Shown here piece by piece: positions 27,480 to 30,423 of a stretch of DNA of 30,423 nucleotides. The stretch comes from an uncultured delta proteobacterium (lineage in GTDB: Bacteria; Desulfobacterota; Syntrophorhabdia; Syntrophorhabdales; WCHB1-27): positions 1 through 30,423 of the forward strand of contig CAWEPK010000004.1 in the NCBI GenBank assembly GCA_963810935.1, given 5' to 3'. Each line of letters begins with the position of its first letter. The first letter of the stretch is position 1. The notes under the pieces were generated by a model. The model did no database searches. It had not been told where the DNA came from and saw only the letters and a list, made by a program, of their open reading frames with translations. The translations under genes were made by a program, and so were the position numbers.

Positions 27480-28474
27480 CCGAAGACGCCGTTCCCATGG
27501 ACAGGATCTTTGGCGTTTTCAAAGACGGCCAGGCGCCCGGTCTTCTTTCGGCCTTGAGCCTTGCCCTCCTCGACGAGCAGAAGAAAACGTGGCCCGCGTG
27601 CCGGAAGGGCTACGCGTCGCTCGCGCACGTGATGGAGCGCAAGATAGATTGCAAAGGGTTTTCGGTCCGCGTCCAGCACAACCCCGGCAGGATGACGAGC
27701 ACGCTGGCGGACGTACGCCAAGAAGGCGTCCGCTCCCGGCCCTGCTTTCTTTGTTCACACAACCGGCCGGAAGGCCAGAAGGCCGTCCTTTACAGGGACG
27801 AATACCTGGTCCTCTGCAACCCCATGCCTGTCTTCTCCGCGCATTTCACGATCCCCCTTATTGCCCACGAGCCCCAGTCGATAGCGGGCAGGGCCGGCGC
27901 ACTCCTCCGGCTCACGGAAGATTTCGGCCCCTCTTTCAGGCTGCTTTACAACGGGCCGAAATGCGGCGCCTCCGCACCGGACCACATGCACTTTCAGGCA
28001 GCGCCCGCACGCGTCATGCCGGTCGAGGGCGAAGTCCGCAAAGCGGGCCGGGTCTCGATACCAGGCACGGCCGACGTCTCCGTCTCGCTCGCCCGTGGTA
28101 TAGGGCGCGAGGTGGTCATTCTTCAAAGCGGTAGCCGCGCAGCCTTAGAAGGAGCTTTCAGCCGGTTTACGTCAGCGCTCGCGGAAGTGCTTGGCGTGGC
28201 CGATGAGCCGATGATGAACATCATCTGCTTTCGCGCTCCGGGACAATATACTATGCTCCTCTTCCCCCGCGCGAAACATCGCCCGGACGCATTTTATCTG
28301 AACGGGGAGGACTGCCTTTCGGTCAGTCCGGCCGTCGCAGAGGTGGGCGGCATCATCGTAACGCCCCGGGAAAAGGACTTCGGCCGCATCGATGCATCTC
28401 TCGTCGAAGATATATTCCGGGAGGTATCGCTAGACAGAAGGACAGTAGAGCAGGCTATCGGATCGATGGGATAG
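27476..28474 (+). CDS. DUF4922-type protein, HIT/GalT-like nucleotide phosphorylase
   Basis: QHNPGRMTS, RPCFLC, LCNPMP..HFTI, YNGPKCGASAPDHMHFQ (HxHxQ), FPRAKHRP. ATGA overlap with the GT2 gene. Confidence 0.8.
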   Translation: MTEDAVPMDRIFGVFKDGQAPGLLSALSLALLDEQKKTWPACRKGYASLAHVMERKIDCKGFSVRVQHNPGRMTSTLADVRQEGVRSRPCFLCSHNRPEGQKAVLYRDEYLVLCNPMPVFSAHFTIPLIAHEPQSIAGRAGALLRLTEDFGPSFRLLYNGPKCGASAPDHMHFQAAPARVMPVEGEVRKAGRVSIPGTADVSVSLARGIGREVVILQSGSRAALEGAFSRFTSALAEVLGVADEPMMNIICFRAPGQYTMLLFPRAKHRPDAFYLNGEDCLSVSPAVAEVGGIIVTPREKDFGRIDASLVEDIFREVSLDRRTVEQAIGSMG

Positions 28475-28513
28475 GCGGGCCGGTCCGGTACCCGTTTTTT
28501 TGAAAGGAGGACT

Positions 28514-29151
28514 ATGGATATCCTGTTCACCCGATCCTGGGACATCATTCAGGGGAAGGAAGAAGAGTACGAGCAATTCATTACCGATATATTCATCTCC
28601 GAGATGTCGGCCGCCGGTCTTCTGCCGGTCGGAGGCGACTACGTTGAGGTGGGCTTCGGCCCAAGGATAGTCCAGTCAATCGGGCCGGGGGTATTGACGG
28701 GCTGTCCCGGGTAATGGTGGACAACAAGTTCAAGGAGCTGGTCAGGCGGCTCAAATCCCTGGTTTACAATCACAGGGCGGCCCTCCTCCAGCCGACGGGC
28801 AGGGTGCGCCATGAAGGCGACGCTATACAGAAAGGGTCGGAAAGTTCAACCAGATCACGAACTGCGGCCGGCGAAAAAAGAATAAGTCGATTTCGTAATC
28901 AAGACGTATATCCCCGCGATGAGAGAGCCTGGGTACGTGGAGGTGACGGGCGGGTGGAACGTGATCTCCGGCGGCGTGAGCGAGGTCATCGGCGAGCTAA
29001 CCTCCAAAGAACCCGTCGATATCGGCAGATGCTGGCACCAGGAATTCAGCCACGTGGCGGTCAGGCTCCAAGAGGAGTTCGTCGCGAAGTACCAGAACAG
29101 GATCCTCCGCTGCACGGAGCGTTTCGAGGAGCACAGTGGTTCAGGCTGTGA
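28514..29151 (+). pseudogene. multiply frameshifted hypothetical protein with an internal duplication (errors or decay)
   Basis: AAGGAGG RBS. Fragments in different frames: WDIIQGKEEEYEQFI..PVGGDYVEVGFGPRIV, then FKELVRRLKSLVYNHRAALLQPTGR, then YIPAM..VEVTGGWNVISGG..LQEEFVAKYQNRILRCTERF, then WFRL*. Confidence 0.55.
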
Positions 29152-29156
29152 ATCAT

Positions 29157-29553
29157 ATGCGCCGGGGAGACTGCAAAGGGTAGGCTGCCAGAGGGTTCTA
29201 AGGTCTCCGGCTAAGCGGGGCGGTTCCATTCTGCACGCGTCGATGGGATGGCGAAGAGTTTCTTGTCACGATATGCGGAGGGGTGGTCCACATAGGGGCC
29301 GTAACGATGGCCGCGCCCAGGCCCAGCCTTCGGGCCCCCCGCGGACGAGCGCTACGTGGTCGCTGACCTTCCCGGCCACAAGGAAGACGTGACTGAAAGA
29401 TGATCTCCGAAATGCTCTCCGACGCTGGGCAGGAAGGCGGTCGTCGTCGCGGGCATCGACTGGGACGATTGGCAAGTCGAAGACATCGGCCTGATCTCAG
29501 ACTCATGCAAGGCGCTGGGCGGGCGCATTGCCGCCAAAATAGGCAAGCGTTAA
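29157..29553 (+). pseudogene. frameshifted LpdD-like (prenylated-flavin chaperone-like) protein; start approximate
   Basis: Pieces read across frames: EEFLVTICGGVVHIGAVTMAAPRPSL, GHKEDV, LGRKAVVVAGIDWDD..IGLISDSCKAL..KR* (TAA 29551-29553). Confidence 0.5.
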
Positions 29554-29664
29554 TAGCACCCCGGGCGGCCGCCCCACGCCGCGATTATTTCCTTTACCCC
29601 CATCCCTTTTCGTGCAATAGTGTGGAGAGGCTTTCAAGCCGAACAAAAACGGGGGTCAGCGGAG

Positions 29665-30207
29665 ATGGCGAAAAGAGAAGCGCTCGAAGAATTGTTTGCC
29701 CGCCACGGTTTTACCGATTTCAAATGGATAAAGTCAAAGGACATAACGGTGGCCCAGTGGGTCAGGCTCGGTGCCTGTTCGGCTGCCCGGCATACGGCAT
29801 AAAGGGAAGCTGTCCTCCCAATGTCCCGTCCATCGAGCAGTGCAGGGAGATCTTCTCGGAATATGACGAGGCGGCGATCTTCCATTTTCGAAATGGCGTT
29901 CGAAGACCTGAAGGAGCGCGTGCCGTGGGGAAGGGGCTGGGCGGTAGGGCTCAGGAAGCTTGAAAGGGACGTTTTTCTGGCCGGATACTATAAGGCGTTC
30001 CTTATCGGCTTCGAGGCGTGCGGGCAGTGCCCGGACGGGGACTCGGGCGACCGGATGGGCTGCAAGGACAAAAGGGCAAGCCGTGGAGGTGCGGACGCTA
30101 TGGGTATCGACGTCTATACGACGGTCCGAAGCGTTGGCTATAATATACAGCCGCTGAAAGATTATCACGAGGCGATGAACCGCTTTGCCTTCCTGCTGAT
30201 CGAATGA
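29665..30207 (+). CDS. DUF2284 Cys-rich metal-binding protein; compensating frameshifts at ~29769 and ~29887; ~180 aa
   Basis: Repaired sequence: MAKREALEELF..FKWI..VAQWVRLRCLFGCPAYG..SCPPNVP..CREIFSEY..LERDVFLAGYYKAF..CGQC..AMGIDVYTTVRSVG. Confidence 0.8.
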
Positions 30208-30322
30208 GCCGGCGAATCAGGAGAGGAGCAGCAACCGGCGGCGGCTAAAGCAGTGCACCTCCGCCCGGCAGGGGCCTCCTTGAAATCGACCCTCAAATTC
30301 ATGAGAAAATATCAAATCAAAC

Positions 30323-30418
30323 GGAAGTGCCAAGGCGCCTGGTGGGCCTCCTGGTCTTCAAAACCAGTGCACCGGTGACAAGCTGGTGGGTGGGTTCGAT
30401 TCCCATGCACTTCCGCCA
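30323..30418 (+). tRNA. selC: tRNA-Sec (anticodon UCA)
   Basis: 8-bp acceptor stem GGAAGTGC/GCACTTCC, anticodon arm CTGGT-CTTCAAA-ACCAG, long variable arm (CACCGGT..GCTGGTG), T-loop GTTCGATTC, encoded GCCA end; 96 nt. Confidence 0.96.
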
Positions 30419-30423
30419 TTTTC

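Noticed and set aside
29400..29963. 187-aa ORF as a real gene
   Set aside because: It is a chimera of out-of-frame LpdD-like sequence, intergenic DNA and the shifted middle of the DUF2284 gene.
1..30423. CRISPR arrays, transposases, integrases, prophage or defence genes
   Set aside because: No regularly spaced repeats or recognisable mobile-element or defence motifs were seen.

Overview
A 30.4-kb GC-rich chromosomal window from an anaerobic bacterium; gene content and tRNA-Sec suggest Desulfobacterota/Syntrophorhabdus-like, which is inference only. In order: a CoA-acylating MmsA-like aldehyde dehydrogenase, divergent from aroD, a degenerate AroE-AroK fusion and a standalone diadenylate cyclase; a sigma54-type operon (REC plus tandem Lrp/AsnC-domain protein, NuoE/NuoF-like subunits, a large GltD-NuoG-like subunit, PAS kinase, NtrC-type activator) that looks like an electron-bifurcating NADPH/NADH/ferredoxin oxidoreductase with its own regulators; slyD; an ArsB/NhaD transporter with a two-subunit CoA-transferase behind a deleted TAXI-TRAP remnant; a TupA-like binding protein; and DUF523/DUF1722. 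Next is a putative biofilm/amyloid-export regulatory module: a CsgD/VpsT-like LuxR with a sigma54 promoter and three phased palindromes, a small ORF, an orphan FapF-like beta-barrel, and a divergent PilZ-Zn-ribbon sigma54 activator. The window ends with GT2 plus DUF4922, two badly broken ORFs (one LpdD-like), DUF2284 and tRNA-Sec. Many single-base frameshifts look like long-read errors; five can be repaired by removing one base at a GAGCT site. All family assignments come from motif recognition by eye, not database searches.
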